Shown piece after piece: positions 36,701-45,475 of a stretch of 64,000 nt of DNA (its first letter is position 1; every line of letters starts with the position of its first letter). The position numbers were made by a program, and so were the translations under genes. This DNA is from Solirubrobacterales bacterium (GTDB lineage Bacteria > Actinomycetota > Thermoleophilia > Solirubrobacterales > 70-9). The notes under the pieces were generated by a model, which searched no databases, was not told the DNA's origin, and saw only the letters and a list, made by a program, of their open reading frames with translations. The DNA is taken from positions 338-64,337 of the forward strand of contig DATLSM010000073.1 in the NCBI GenBank assembly GCA_035534175.1, given 5' to 3'.

Positions 36701-37624
36701 TCAGGCCGCGGGCAGCGCCGAAGCCTGGGCCCGCGAGACCTCCCGCGTCACGTCGAGCATCGTCGCCAGGGCGGGGGTCACGGATGCGGCGCGGGGGGTC
36801 GCGGCCAGTACCTTGCGCACCGGGCTTTGCGGGTGCAGGGCGCGGACCTGGATGTCGGGGCGGACGGTGGAGAGCGCCAGCGCAGGGATCAGCGCCACCC
36901 CGACTCCGGCGGCGACCAGGCCCTGCACGGTCTGGTAGTCATCGCTCTGGAAGGAGACGCTCGGCTCAAACCCCGCCGCGTGGCAGGAGCGCACCACGTG
37001 CTTGGCGCAGGGGCTGGAGGCGGAGGTCTGGATCCACAGCTCGTCGCGCAGATCCTCGAGCCGCAGCTGCCTGCGGGCGGCGAGCGGGTGGTTGGGGCGA
37101 AGCGCGAGGTGTAACGGGTCGTCAAGCAGGTCGAAGCGCCGGATCCCGGGGCCCAGTTTCTCACCGACTCCCTTGAACTCATAGAGCAGGACAAAATCGA
37201 ACTCGCCGGCCCGCAGTCGAGGCGCCATCTCCTCCGGCTCCCCCTCGGCCAGGGTCACCTCGACACCGGGGTGGGAGGCGCGGAATCCGGCGATCGCCCG
37301 GGGCATCAGCGTTGCCCCCGCGGTGGGGAAGGAGGCCGTGCGCAGCCGTCCCCCGCGACCGGCGGCGATCGCTGCGACCTCCGCCTCCGCGGCTTCCATC
37401 TGCGCCAGGATCCCGCCGACGTGGCCGGCCAGGGCCGCGCCGGCCGCCGTCGGACGGACGCTGCCGCGGGTGCGCTCGATCAGCGGCGAGCCGACCTCAC
37501 CCTCCAGGGTGGCGATCGCCTGCGAAACCGCGGACTGGGAGTAGGAGAGGACGTCGGCCGCCTGCGAGAAGGAGCCCTGCGCGACGACCTGGCGGAAGAC
37601 GTTGAGGCGGCTTGCGTTCAACAT
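36701..37624 (-). CDS. LysR family transcriptional regulator
   Basis: ORF 36701-38113 trimmed to ATG 37624. It reads MLNASRLNVFRQVVAQGSFSQAADVLSYSQSAVSQAIATLE. Confidence 0.9.
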   Translation of the reverse strand: MLNASRLNVFRQVVAQGSFSQAADVLSYSQSAVSQAIATLEGEVGSPLIERTRGSVRPTAAGAALAGHVGGILAQMEAAEAEVAAIAAGRGGRLRTASFPTAGATLMPRAIAGFRASHPGVEVTLAEGEPEEMAPRLRAGEFDFVLLYEFKGVGEKLGPGIRRFDLLDDPLHLALRPNHPLAARRQLRLEDLRDELWIQTSASSPCAKHVVRSCHAAGFEPSVSFQSDDYQTVQGLVAAGVGVALIPALALSTVRPDIQVRALHPQSPVRKVLAATPRAASVTPALATMLDVTREVSRAQASALPAA

Positions 37625-37723
37625 AAGTAAAGCTGATTCTAACCATAGGTAATAACAGTTGCGCTGATACTGCGCGGGTGCGATCATCGCTCCTACGTGC
37701 AGACCACTTCCCAGGAGGCAAGC

Positions 37724-38401
37724 ATGGCCCTGAAGATCATCGTTTCCTATGACGACACCGCCAACGACCGCGACGCGCTGGCGCTCGGGCGGCTGCTCGC
37801 CTTCTCCGGCGCGGAGCTTTCGCTGGCCTATGTCCGTCACTCCCTCGGCGGGGCGCTGGAGGAGAAGGAGGCGGAGCAGATGCTGGCTCGCGGCGCCGCC
37901 TCGGTCGGCGCTCCGGACATGCCTCGCCACGTCGTTATCAACCCGGGGACCAGCGTCGGCCTGGCCGAGCTCGCCGAGCGCGAAGACGCAGACGTGATTG
38001 TCTTTGGCTCCGAGTACCGGACCGCCCGCGGCACGGTCAAACCGGGGATCCCCGCCCACAAACTGTTGCTCGGCGGACCGGCGGCGATTGCTGTCGCTCC
38101 CGCCGGCCTGCACTCCAACCCCTCAATTAGCGTCAACACGACCGGCATCCTCGATGAGGGGGACCCGAGTGCCCGGGAGAGCGCCGCCAGCCTCGCTGCC
38201 GCCCTGGGCGCAAACCTCGCCGAGCATGGCGGCGGCCCGGTTGACCTGCTGGTGGTCGGCTCCCGCCCTGAGTCCCCGCAGGGGAAGGTCACGCTGAGCG
38301 CGGCCAGCGACTACGTGGTGGAGACCGCGACCTGTCCGGTGCTGGTGACCCGGCGCGGGATCGCACTCAACTTCGCTGCGGCCCCCGCTCCGGTCGCCTG
38401 A
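37724..38401 (+). CDS. universal stress protein family protein
   Basis: ORF 37697-38401 trimmed to ATG 37724, preceded by AGGAGG. It reads KIIVSYDDTANDRDALALG...DADVIVFGSEYR...CPVLVT. Confidence 0.8.
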   Translation: MALKIIVSYDDTANDRDALALGRLLAFSGAELSLAYVRHSLGGALEEKEAEQMLARGAASVGAPDMPRHVVINPGTSVGLAELAEREDADVIVFGSEYRTARGTVKPGIPAHKLLLGGPAAIAVAPAGLHSNPSISVNTTGILDEGDPSARESAASLAAALGANLAEHGGGPVDLLVVGSRPESPQGKVTLSAASDYVVETATCPVLVTRRGIALNFAAAPAPVA

Positions 38402-38834
38402 GGACCACGATCAGGGCGGCCACCGCGGGGTCGCGGCCCTCGATCCGCTCCAGCGCAACCGTCCAAGGGATCCGCTGCGACTCGTCGCCGGCGCTCAGCC
38501 TCGCCAGGGCATCGTCGAGCGAATCGGCCTCGATCAGGGCGGCGCCGGGCGGTGGCGCGCTCGCCTGCGCTGCCTCGACCATCCGCGGCGTCACGTCCTC
38601 GGCCAGGCGCAGCGCGTTTGACCACCCCTGACCGAAGGACAAATCAGGTGTGGTCAAAGCCCGCCCCTCGAGCACGGTCAGCTTGCTCTCTCGCGGCTCC
38701 CACCTGCGTTCTCCGAACTCGAACGGCTGGCTGGCGACCCAGGGCTCGAGCACCGTCCGCCGCAGCTCGTCCTCCTCGAGGTTGAATACCCGGGCTCGGT
38801 GTAGGGATGAACTGAGCTGGACATGGAACGGCAT
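38367..38834 (-). CDS. hypothetical protein (155 aa)
   Basis: ORF 38367-39293 trimmed to ATG 38834; the upstream part is antisense to the HAD gene. It reads MPFHVQLSSSLHRARVFNLEEDELRRTVLEPWV. I do not recognise a family. Confidence 0.45.
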   Translation of the reverse strand: MPFHVQLSSSLHRARVFNLEEDELRRTVLEPWVASQPFEFGERRWEPRESKLTVLEGRALTTPDLSFGQGWSNALRLAEDVTPRMVEAAQASAPPPGAALIEADSLDDALARLSAGDESQRIPWTVALERIEGRDPAVAALIVVLRRPERGPQRS

Positions 38835-38859
38835 CGGGCAAACCTTATGCTCAGGCTTG

Positions 38860-39516
38860 ATGCAGGCGCCGCCGACCGATGCAGTCATGTTCGATAACGA
38901 CGGCCTGTTGCTCGACACCGAGTCCGTCTGGACCAGGGCCGAGCGTGACCTGTTCCAGCGGCGGGGAGTCGAGTTCACCGCCGCCGACAAGCGGCATCTG
39001 GTCGGCACCTCGGCCGCCGTCGCGGGAGGAATCCTCGAGCTGCGGCTGAGCGAGCCGGGCCGGGCGGCGGCGCTGATCGAGGAGCTGAACGAGCTGGTCG
39101 TCGCCGAGCTCGAGCATGGGGTGGAGGCGATGGTCGGCGCGCGGGAGCTGTTGGGCAGGCTGAAACGACGCGGGACGCCAATCGGCCTGGTCTCCAACTC
39201 GCCACTTCGCTTCGTCCGCCGCTCGCTGGAGATCGTCGGCTTTGAAGGCCACTTCGACGTGGTGGTCAGCGCGCATGAAGTGGCGGCTCCCAAGCCGGCC
39301 GCCGACCCCTATCTGGAGGCCTGCCGCCGGCTGGGCGTGGAGGCCGGTCCCGCGGTCGTGGCCTTGGAGGATTCACCCACCGGGGTGGCGGCGGCGCGAG
39401 CAGCCGGGCTGACCGTGATCGGGGTGCCCTCGATCGAAGGGGTCGCTCTGGACGAAGCCCACCACCTGGCGGAGTCGCTTCTGGACGAGGTCATCGCCCG
39501 CCGGCTCTCGCTCTGA
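38860..39516 (+). CDS. HAD-superfamily hydrolase (beta-phosphoglucomutase-like subfamily IA)
   Basis: ORF 38650-39516 trimmed to ATG 38860. It has motif I (VMFDNDGLLLDTE), LVSNS, and EDSPTGVAAARAAG. Confidence 0.85.
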   Translation: MQAPPTDAVMFDNDGLLLDTESVWTRAERDLFQRRGVEFTAADKRHLVGTSAAVAGGILELRLSEPGRAAALIEELNELVVAELEHGVEAMVGARELLGRLKRRGTPIGLVSNSPLRFVRRSLEIVGFEGHFDVVVSAHEVAAPKPAADPYLEACRRLGVEAGPAVVALEDSPTGVAAARAAGLTVIGVPSIEGVALDEAHHLAESLLDEVIARRLSL

Positions 39517-39550
39517 GAACGGTGGCCGGATCTAAGCCTCAGGTTGAGGT

Positions 39551-40426
39551 TTAGCTACGGAGCACGCGCCGGCGGCGCAGCACCCGCTCGCAAACCTCGA
39601 GCAGCTCCTGAACTCTCCCTTCGGTATCGGCGTCGAGCTTGCCCTTAAGTGCCAGGTTCGCCGCCCTGCCGACCTCCCCCCGCTGAGCCTGTAGCGCTCC
39701 CATGTCCTCGTCGTGCGCGGGGTCTGTGATCGCCCCTCGAAGCTCGACCAGCAGAGCCTCCAGTCCGACCCGCAGCTGCAGCGCCGCCTCCCGTCCGCGC
39801 CCGGCATCGAGGTCGGCGCGGGCGCGGAGCAGCAGTGTCTCGCAGGCGTCGATCCGCTCGCGCCCGGCAAGTACCGCCGCCGTTCGCTCTTGCGGTCGCA
39901 GCGACTCGGCCCGGCGCCTTCGGCGCGATGCCCTGGTCACCCAGACGTCGACCTCGCGGGCCGCGAGGAAGCGTCCGGACGCGACCTCCTCTCCGCTCCC
40001 ATAGCCGATCCGCACGGCGACCGCCCGCTCCGGGCGCAGCTCGTGGCCATGGGGGTCGGCGCTGGCCGTCGCGTGGGCATGCAGAGCCCGGTTCAGCAGA
40101 TCGGCGCCCTCGCCGACCAGCGTGTCGGCCGCCTCCCCCTCGACCGCCCGATCCAGCCACTCGGCGGCCTCCTGCTCTCGCTCGAAGGGCTCGAACGCCC
40201 GCACCGCAGTGGCCCGGGCCAGGGGCAGCTGGGCGAGCGGCCCCTCGGTGGCGACCGGCCGCGGCCGTCGGCGGCGCTTGGAGGCGGGCGCCGGCGCCCC
40301 GAGGGTCTCCAGGACCAGCACCCGCTCGACCCCCTGATCGCCGTCGTCGCGTGCCAGGTAGCGCCCGTCGGCCAGCGGTAGCGCGCCGGGGAGGTCGAAC
40401 TGCACGAATCCGAAGAGCTGGGCCAA
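39551..40426 (-). CDS. hypothetical Arg-rich protein (291 aa)
   Basis: ORF 39551-40426 with coding-like GC3. I do not recognise any motif. Confidence 0.5.
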   Translation of the reverse strand: MAQLFGFVQFDLPGALPLADGRYLARDDGDQGVERVLVLETLGAPAPASKRRRRPRPVATEGPLAQLPLARATAVRAFEPFEREQEAAEWLDRAVEGEAADTLVGEGADLLNRALHAHATASADPHGHELRPERAVAVRIGYGSGEEVASGRFLAAREVDVWVTRASRRRRRAESLRPQERTAAVLAGRERIDACETLLLRARADLDAGRGREAALQLRVGLEALLVELRGAITDPAHDEDMGALQAQRGEVGRAANLALKGKLDADTEGRVQELLEVCERVLRRRRVLRS

Positions 40427-40469
40427 CGGGCGGATTATCGCCCTCGGCCCGAGTCTCTATCTGCCGACC

Positions 40470-42965
40470 TCAGTAGCCGGCGGGATGTCGGACGACAAAG
40501 CCCGCCGGGTACGGCGCTTCGGTATGCCATCGCGGCCCTGAGCCCTGGGCGTCGCCGACGGTGTCCCAGCGCAGCCCGGCGATCTCGGCGTAGGTGTGGG
40601 TGGCATTGGCATAGATCGTCACCCAGCGCCCGGCGCCCGGCTGGCCCCAGCCCGCGAGGGCGCCCGAGGTGAGCGGGGTTGCGAGCAGGCGGGCAGCGTG
40701 GAGCACGTAGCTGACCGAGCCCGAGCAGTCATAGCCGGGCGAGTTCCAGGAGCCGTGTCCACCGCCCCAGATGTAGGGGGTGGTCGAGATGTGGTTGGCG
40801 GCGGCGATCATCGCCTGGATCGCGGGTGGAGCGTTGACCGGGGCGATCGCGCGGCCGTTGACGAGAGTGGCGGCCTGTGGCGGGTTGAAGTCAAGGTCGA
40901 TCAGGCGGGGTTGGGCCTGGCTGGCGACGCTCACGCCGCCCAGGCTCATCCTGGAGAGGACCTTCTGTGGCCCGGTGGCACCCTGCATCTGCAGGGTCGT
41001 GCGCACCAGCGCATGGGAGGAGGAGGGAGAGGAGGTGGAGGAGGAGGACGCCCCGGTCCCCGGGCCGCCCGCCACCGGGGCGCCGTCGACCCTGCTGATC
41101 TTCACCGCAAAGCCGTTCTGGTGGACGCAGGTCGAGGCGGAGACCCCGAGCTTGAACCCCCGTGCGGTGAGGTACTCGATCCCCGCCAGGACCCGCGGTT
41201 CAACCTCACCGGCCCGGATCGCGCTCTGCTCGCAGGGGGGCAGGGAGAGGCGGGCGTCGGCGAGGGATCGGCGCCTGAGGCTCTGGCCCGAGAGCAGCAG
41301 CACCTGGGCGGGGCTGGCCTTTGCCCAGAGCGGCCGGGATATGTGGAAGACCTTTGCCGCTCCACCTTGCTTCCAGCCGTCGAGGATTGCGGTTGGATCG
41401 ATCTTGGGCGAGCCGTCGGGCTGGATCGAGAAGTCGATGTGGGCGCCTGAGCCCGAGCCGCCGACGACGGCCAGCACCGTTCCTGCCACGACCCGGGCGC
41501 CGCTGCTCAGCCGTTGTTCCCTGGTCGCCACCGGGGAGGCTCCGAGCTGCCCCAGAGCGGCGGCCCGAGCTCGGTTGGCGGGACGGTTGGGGAGCGCGTA
41601 GAGACGCCGCCGCGAGCTCCTCGCCCCGGTTGCCGCAAGGTCTGGCGCGGTGGTCCTCATCGCCGTCAGCTCGGCGGCCGGAAGCGAGGGCTGGCGCAGC
41701 CTCGGCGTCCGGTAGCGGCTGCGGATCTGTCCCAGGTTGGCGTAGGTGAAGAGGCTGCCGTAGGGGTCGCGAAGCACCATGTAGTTGCCGAGTCGGGCAC
41801 TGTGGCCGACCGTGACGATCGTTCCGTTGGCAACCGCCACCACTGGCGAGCCGGCGGTGGCGAAGATGTCGACTCCGGCGGCTCCGGGATGGGCCCGCTT
41901 GGCCGCGCTTGAGGCGGTGGCTTCGCTCAGCCAGTTGCGCTGAAGAGCTTCGGTGACGCCGGCGTTGTCCGCGTAGCTGACGTGGCCCTGCACGGGGAAC
42001 TGCGAACCCTCGGCAAGCTGGCTCAGCGCACTGATCAGGTTCGCCGGAAGGCTCTCGTAGTTCGCCGCGTCGCTCAGCACCTCGTGCACGTACCAGCCGG
42101 CGTGGTTATAGGCGAAGACCGCCTTGTAGATGTTCTTGCCGCCGCCGGCGGCGGCAAGGTAGCGAGCCGCTGCACAGATCGCGTCGACCGGGTTGTTGGG
42201 GTCCTTGCGGCCGTCGCCGTTGCCGTCCACGCCCCAGGTCGCCCAGGTTGAGGGCAAGAACTGCATCCACCCCTCCGCCCCGGCGCTGGAGGGGCCCAGA
42301 TTGGAGCCGAAGTCGGTCTCCACTTTGTTGATCGCGGCCAGCACCTCCCAGGGAATTCCGTATTGGGTGCCACAGGCCTGGTAGACGGGAAGCAGCAGGG
42401 GTGGGATTTCGAAGGAGCCGATGCCGAAATCAGAGACCCCGATCACCGCGCCGAGGGAGCCACCTGCGGTGGAGTTCGAACCCGCCGAGGAGCCCCCGTT
42501 GTCGGCACCTTTGCCGCTGCTCTTCTGCCTCGCTTTCCCGGCGCTCCTGGTACCGGGCGCGCTGAGGCCACCGTTCCTCCCGCTCATCGTCTTGGTGGCG
42601 GTGCTCCGGCCTTCGCTGGGGCCCTTCCCCGTTTGATTCCCGCCCTTCGGCGTGGAGGCGCCGGGGCTGATCGTCGCTCCGTGCTTGACGCCCGCCGATG
42701 GCGTCGTGGCTTGTTCTTCGCCACTCCCCGATCGCGGCTGGCAAGGCGACGCGGCGGCTTCGGTTTCCGCACTCGAGCTCCCGCCCCGGCGTTCGGCTTT
42801 TTCCGGGCAACTCGGCTGGCTGGCGGCCGTCGTCGTGGCGGTCGTTTCCAGTGGCGTCGTGGACTGTGCGGCGCTGGGGGGAGTCGCGCCCGCCATGTCC
42901 GCGCCCAGCGCGGTCAGGGCGCAGAAGCCGGCCAAAGCGATGGTCAGTGCGAGCTTGTGTCTCAT
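40470..42965 (-). CDS. secreted multidomain peptidoglycan hydrolase: lytic transglycosylase (SLT) + M23/LytM-like + NlpC/P60
   Basis: ORF 40470-42992 trimmed to ATG 42965 (MRHKLALTIALAGFCALTALGA). SLT domain: GIPWEVLAAINKVETDFG...GWMQFLPSTW. M23-like domain: GVDIFATAGSPVVAVANGTIVTVG...GAHIDFSI. NlpC/P60 domain: YIWGGGHGSWNSPGYDCSGSVSYVL. Confidence 0.8.
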   Translation of the reverse strand: MRHKLALTIALAGFCALTALGADMAGATPPSAAQSTTPLETTATTTAASQPSCPEKAERRGGSSSAETEAAASPCQPRSGSGEEQATTPSAGVKHGATISPGASTPKGGNQTGKGPSEGRSTATKTMSGRNGGLSAPGTRSAGKARQKSSGKGADNGGSSAGSNSTAGGSLGAVIGVSDFGIGSFEIPPLLLPVYQACGTQYGIPWEVLAAINKVETDFGSNLGPSSAGAEGWMQFLPSTWATWGVDGNGDGRKDPNNPVDAICAAARYLAAAGGGKNIYKAVFAYNHAGWYVHEVLSDAANYESLPANLISALSQLAEGSQFPVQGHVSYADNAGVTEALQRNWLSEATASSAAKRAHPGAAGVDIFATAGSPVVAVANGTIVTVGHSARLGNYMVLRDPYGSLFTYANLGQIRSRYRTPRLRQPSLPAAELTAMRTTAPDLAATGARSSRRRLYALPNRPANRARAAALGQLGASPVATREQRLSSGARVVAGTVLAVVGGSGSGAHIDFSIQPDGSPKIDPTAILDGWKQGGAAKVFHISRPLWAKASPAQVLLLSGQSLRRRSLADARLSLPPCEQSAIRAGEVEPRVLAGIEYLTARGFKLGVSASTCVHQNGFAVKISRVDGAPVAGGPGTGASSSSTSSPSSSHALVRTTLQMQGATGPQKVLSRMSLGGVSVASQAQPRLIDLDFNPPQAATLVNGRAIAPVNAPPAIQAMIAAANHISTTPYIWGGGHGSWNSPGYDCSGSVSYVLHAARLLATPLTSGALAGWGQPGAGRWVTIYANATHTYAEIAGLRWDTVGDAQGSGPRWHTEAPYPAGFVVRHPAGY

Positions 42966-43175
42966 ACCTGGGCGCCTAGTACCCGTTGCCACGGATCGCC
43001 AGACCCGCCTTTGCCATCTCCCCGCGCAACAGGCTCGACCACGCTACTGGCTGGCATACGGGCATGCAACGGCCCGCCTCGCCCCCCAACAAGCCCTTAA
43101 TCAACGTTTTTTGCTCCATGCTGAGTGAGGGGGAGGATTTCAACTCTGCCGGATGTGCTCGTTAAGCTGAGGTCA

Positions 43176-43502
43176 ATGAGCACGGATCAGGAGCACGAGG
43201 ACCAGGACAGCATCAGAGCCCGCGGCGAGCAGGCGATTAGCGATTTCGCCCAGGCCCTGTTCGACAGCCAGGTGCTGGAGAACGCCCTCGCGGCCGCCTT
43301 CGGTGCCCGGGAGAAGGCACTGGAGGCCCAGCAGGCGGCGATGAGCGCCCTCAACCTGCCCTCGGCGGGAGAGGTCGAGCGCTTGGAGCGTCGCCTGCGC
43401 TCCATCTCTCAGCGCCTGGAGGAGGTTGAGGAGCAAATCGACCGGGTTTCCCGCGACGTCGGCGAAATTCGCCGCAGGGCACGGAAACCGACCAAAGGCT
43501 AA
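43176..43502 (+). CDS. coiled-coil protein with phasin-like (PHA granule-associated family) C-terminal motif
   Basis: ORF 43125-43502 trimmed to ATG 43176. LNLPSAGEVERLERRLRSISQRLEEVEEQI resembles the phasin PF05597 idiom, from memory. Confidence 0.45.
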   Translation: MSTDQEHEDQDSIRARGEQAISDFAQALFDSQVLENALAAAFGAREKALEAQQAAMSALNLPSAGEVERLERRLRSISQRLEEVEEQIDRVSRDVGEIRRRARKPTKG

Positions 43503-43511
43503 CCCTCGACT

Positions 43512-44204
43512 TTAGCTTGAGAGTACGGTCCTGGCGGCGCGTCCGGCGGATTTTGCCGCCCGCTCCAGTTCGATGTCCGTGATGCGCTCACCGCCCGCCG
43601 CCTCCTCGACAATCAGGACCGCAGCCGCGGCGATGCCCAGGGCATGCGCGCGGGCCAAAACCGTCGCGGTCTGCAGGTCCGCAGCCCCGACCGCGGAGGG
43701 AAGTGTCGCGGGCCCCAGGGGAAGGTGGTCGACGCTGGCGATTGCCGCCCTCGCGGCGCCTGGGCCCAGCTCGCCCCGAAGCCTCCGGCTGAGCTCGGGG
43801 TCGGGGCGAATCGCATCTGCCGCCGCCCAGGCCTCGCTGATCTCCAGCAGGGCGCCGGTCCCGTGGGCCGAGTCGACAGCGACGCAGGTCCCGACCCGCA
43901 CCGCCCGCCTCAGCCCCAGCTCGGCCAGGTCGATGAGCACGATCGAGGCGCTCGGGCCACCCATCCCGGTCGCCTGGATCGTCAGCTCACGACCGGCTGG
44001 CGTCAGCCCCGTGTATCCCCACAGACCGCGCGCGTGGTTGCTCATCCTCGGTTCTCCCAGCAGCTCCTGGGCGAGCATCAGGGCGCGGCCGGGGTCGCCG
44101 ACCAGCAGCGCGTCGGCGGCGATCGGGGCTGTCGGGCGAAGTCGCTTGGGCACCGCGGCGGACCATCTTGGCACCGCAGGCGCGGCTATCCGGCTGACGC
44201 TCAA
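43512..44204 (-). CDS. PNP/UDP-1 family nucleoside phosphorylase/nucleosidase-like protein
   Basis: ORF 43512-44204. It reads ALLVGDPGRALMLAQELL...GLWGYTGLTPAGRELTIQATGMGGPSASIVLIDL...VGTCVA. Confidence 0.6.
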   Translation of the reverse strand: MSVSRIAAPAVPRWSAAVPKRLRPTAPIAADALLVGDPGRALMLAQELLGEPRMSNHARGLWGYTGLTPAGRELTIQATGMGGPSASIVLIDLAELGLRRAVRVGTCVAVDSAHGTGALLEISEAWAAADAIRPDPELSRRLRGELGPGAARAAIASVDHLPLGPATLPSAVGAADLQTATVLARAHALGIAAAAVLIVEEAAGGERITDIELERAAKSAGRAARTVLSS

Positions 44205-44239
44205 CCCGTGGGCTCCCGTCTCCGGCTAGCCTCGACCCG

Positions 44240-45430
44240 GTGACCCCCGACGAGCGCATCTCCTTGGGCGAGGCATCGCGCCGCTCAGGCGTGCCACCCA
44301 GCACGCTGAAGCGCTGGGCGGCCGAGAACGTGGTCCGCGTGAAGCGGGGTCGCTGGACCACCGCCGCGGCCGCCCAGGCGCGGGTTGTGGCGCGGATGCG
44401 CGAGCGCGGGCACTCGCTGGAGGACCTAAAGCGGGCCGGTCGCGAGGGCCGGCTCGCGTTCGGCTTCACGGAGGAGCTCTTCTCCGAAGCCGAGGAGCAG
44501 GTCAGCGTCGAGGCGGTCTCCCTGGAGACCGGCCTCGAGCCGGAGCTGATCGAGCGCATCCTCGCGATCCTCGGCACACCACTCGGGCGCGATCGCCTGC
44601 TCAACCCGAGCGACGTCGCAGCGCTTCGCCATTGCGCCCGCGTTCTCGCTGCCGGCTTTCCGCTCGTCGCCTTCCTCCAGCTGGTTCGCGTCTACGTTCA
44701 GTCGATGCGACGCATCGCCGACGCCGAGGTGCGGCTGTTTCACCTCTACGTCCACGAACCGATGATTCGCGACGCGGTGCCGGAGCTGGAGATGGCGGAG
44801 GAAATGGGACAGCTCGCCGGCGATATCCTGCCGCTCGCCGCGCCGCTGACCCAGTACCTCCACACTCGCTATCTGCGCTTCTTCCTCGAGCAGGACGTGG
44901 TCGGTCACATGGAGAGCGGGCTGGGGGAGGCCGCGGCGGAGCTGGGACGTGTGACGGTCGCCTTCTGCTTCATCGATATCACCGGCTTCACGCGCTTCAC
45001 CGAGGAGGAGGGAGACCTGGAGGCGCTGGACCTGGTCGAGCGTTTTGTCGAGACGGTCGAATCCACATTGCCGCCGGAGGCGATGATCGTCAAGACGATC
45101 GGCGATGAGGTGATGGTCGTCTCCCCCGACGCCGCCTCGCTGACCGCCTGGGCGGTGGAGTTCCTCGCCCGCTTCCCCGAGCGCCCGCAGCCCCGGGTGG
45201 GCATGCATTGCGGCGAGGCCGTCTATCGCGACGGCGACTACTTCGGCGGTCAGGTCAACCTCGCCCACCGCGTGGTCAGCCGCGCTCAGGCGGGCGAGGT
45301 CCTGGTCACCGATCGGGTGCTCGACACGATCGATGATCGAGAGGGGCTGGAGTTCGAGCCGATCGGCGAGGTGAGCCTGAAGGGATTCCCCGTCCAGATC
45401 CCGCTATTCCTGGTTCGGGCGACGGCCTGA
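44240..45430 (+). CDS. MerR-type HTH fused to class III adenylate/guanylate cyclase
   Basis: ORF 44240-45430 with a GTG start. HTH: ISLGEASRRSGVPPSTLKRWAAENVV. Cyclase motifs: FCFIDITGFT, VKTIGDEVMVV and GGQVNLAHRV. Confidence 0.8.
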   Translation: MTPDERISLGEASRRSGVPPSTLKRWAAENVVRVKRGRWTTAAAAQARVVARMRERGHSLEDLKRAGREGRLAFGFTEELFSEAEEQVSVEAVSLETGLEPELIERILAILGTPLGRDRLLNPSDVAALRHCARVLAAGFPLVAFLQLVRVYVQSMRRIADAEVRLFHLYVHEPMIRDAVPELEMAEEMGQLAGDILPLAAPLTQYLHTRYLRFFLEQDVVGHMESGLGEAAAELGRVTVAFCFIDITGFTRFTEEEGDLEALDLVERFVETVESTLPPEAMIVKTIGDEVMVVSPDAASLTAWAVEFLARFPERPQPRVGMHCGEAVYRDGDYFGGQVNLAHRVVSRAQAGEVLVTDRVLDTIDDREGLEFEPIGEVSLKGFPVQIPLFLVRATA

Positions 45431-45475
45431 CCTCTCGCCCGGGCCGGGCTCGGAGCGTGCCTACACTCACTTTCC

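Noticed and set aside
36701-38113. The 470-aa version of the LysR ORF. Similar long N-terminal extensions occur in ORFs 6791-7780, 7540-8463, 14187-14831, 38367-39293 and 51025-51978.
   Set aside because: The extensions overlap divergent genes or promoters and are low-complexity. Internal starts give canonical family N-termini, often with an SD sequence.
42465-42490. The tRNA-like string GGAGTTCGAACCCGCC.
   Set aside because: The flanks do not form a T-arm or an acceptor stem, and it lies inside the hydrolase coding sequence. No intergenic region in the window shows a cloverleaf.
42966-43175. A possible c-di-AMP (ydaO-type) riboswitch in the 210-nt leader of the cell-wall hydrolase. This was tempting because such hydrolases are often under ydaO control in actinobacteria and disA is in the window.
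   Set aside because: On the minus strand I find only loose resemblances (GCGGGGAG, CGATCCG..GGCAAC..TAGGCG). I do not find the conserved ACCCA and GGGG-GAAUC elements or the pseudo-twofold layout. A cmsearch with RF00379 would settle it, and a hit above the gathering threshold would overturn this rejection.
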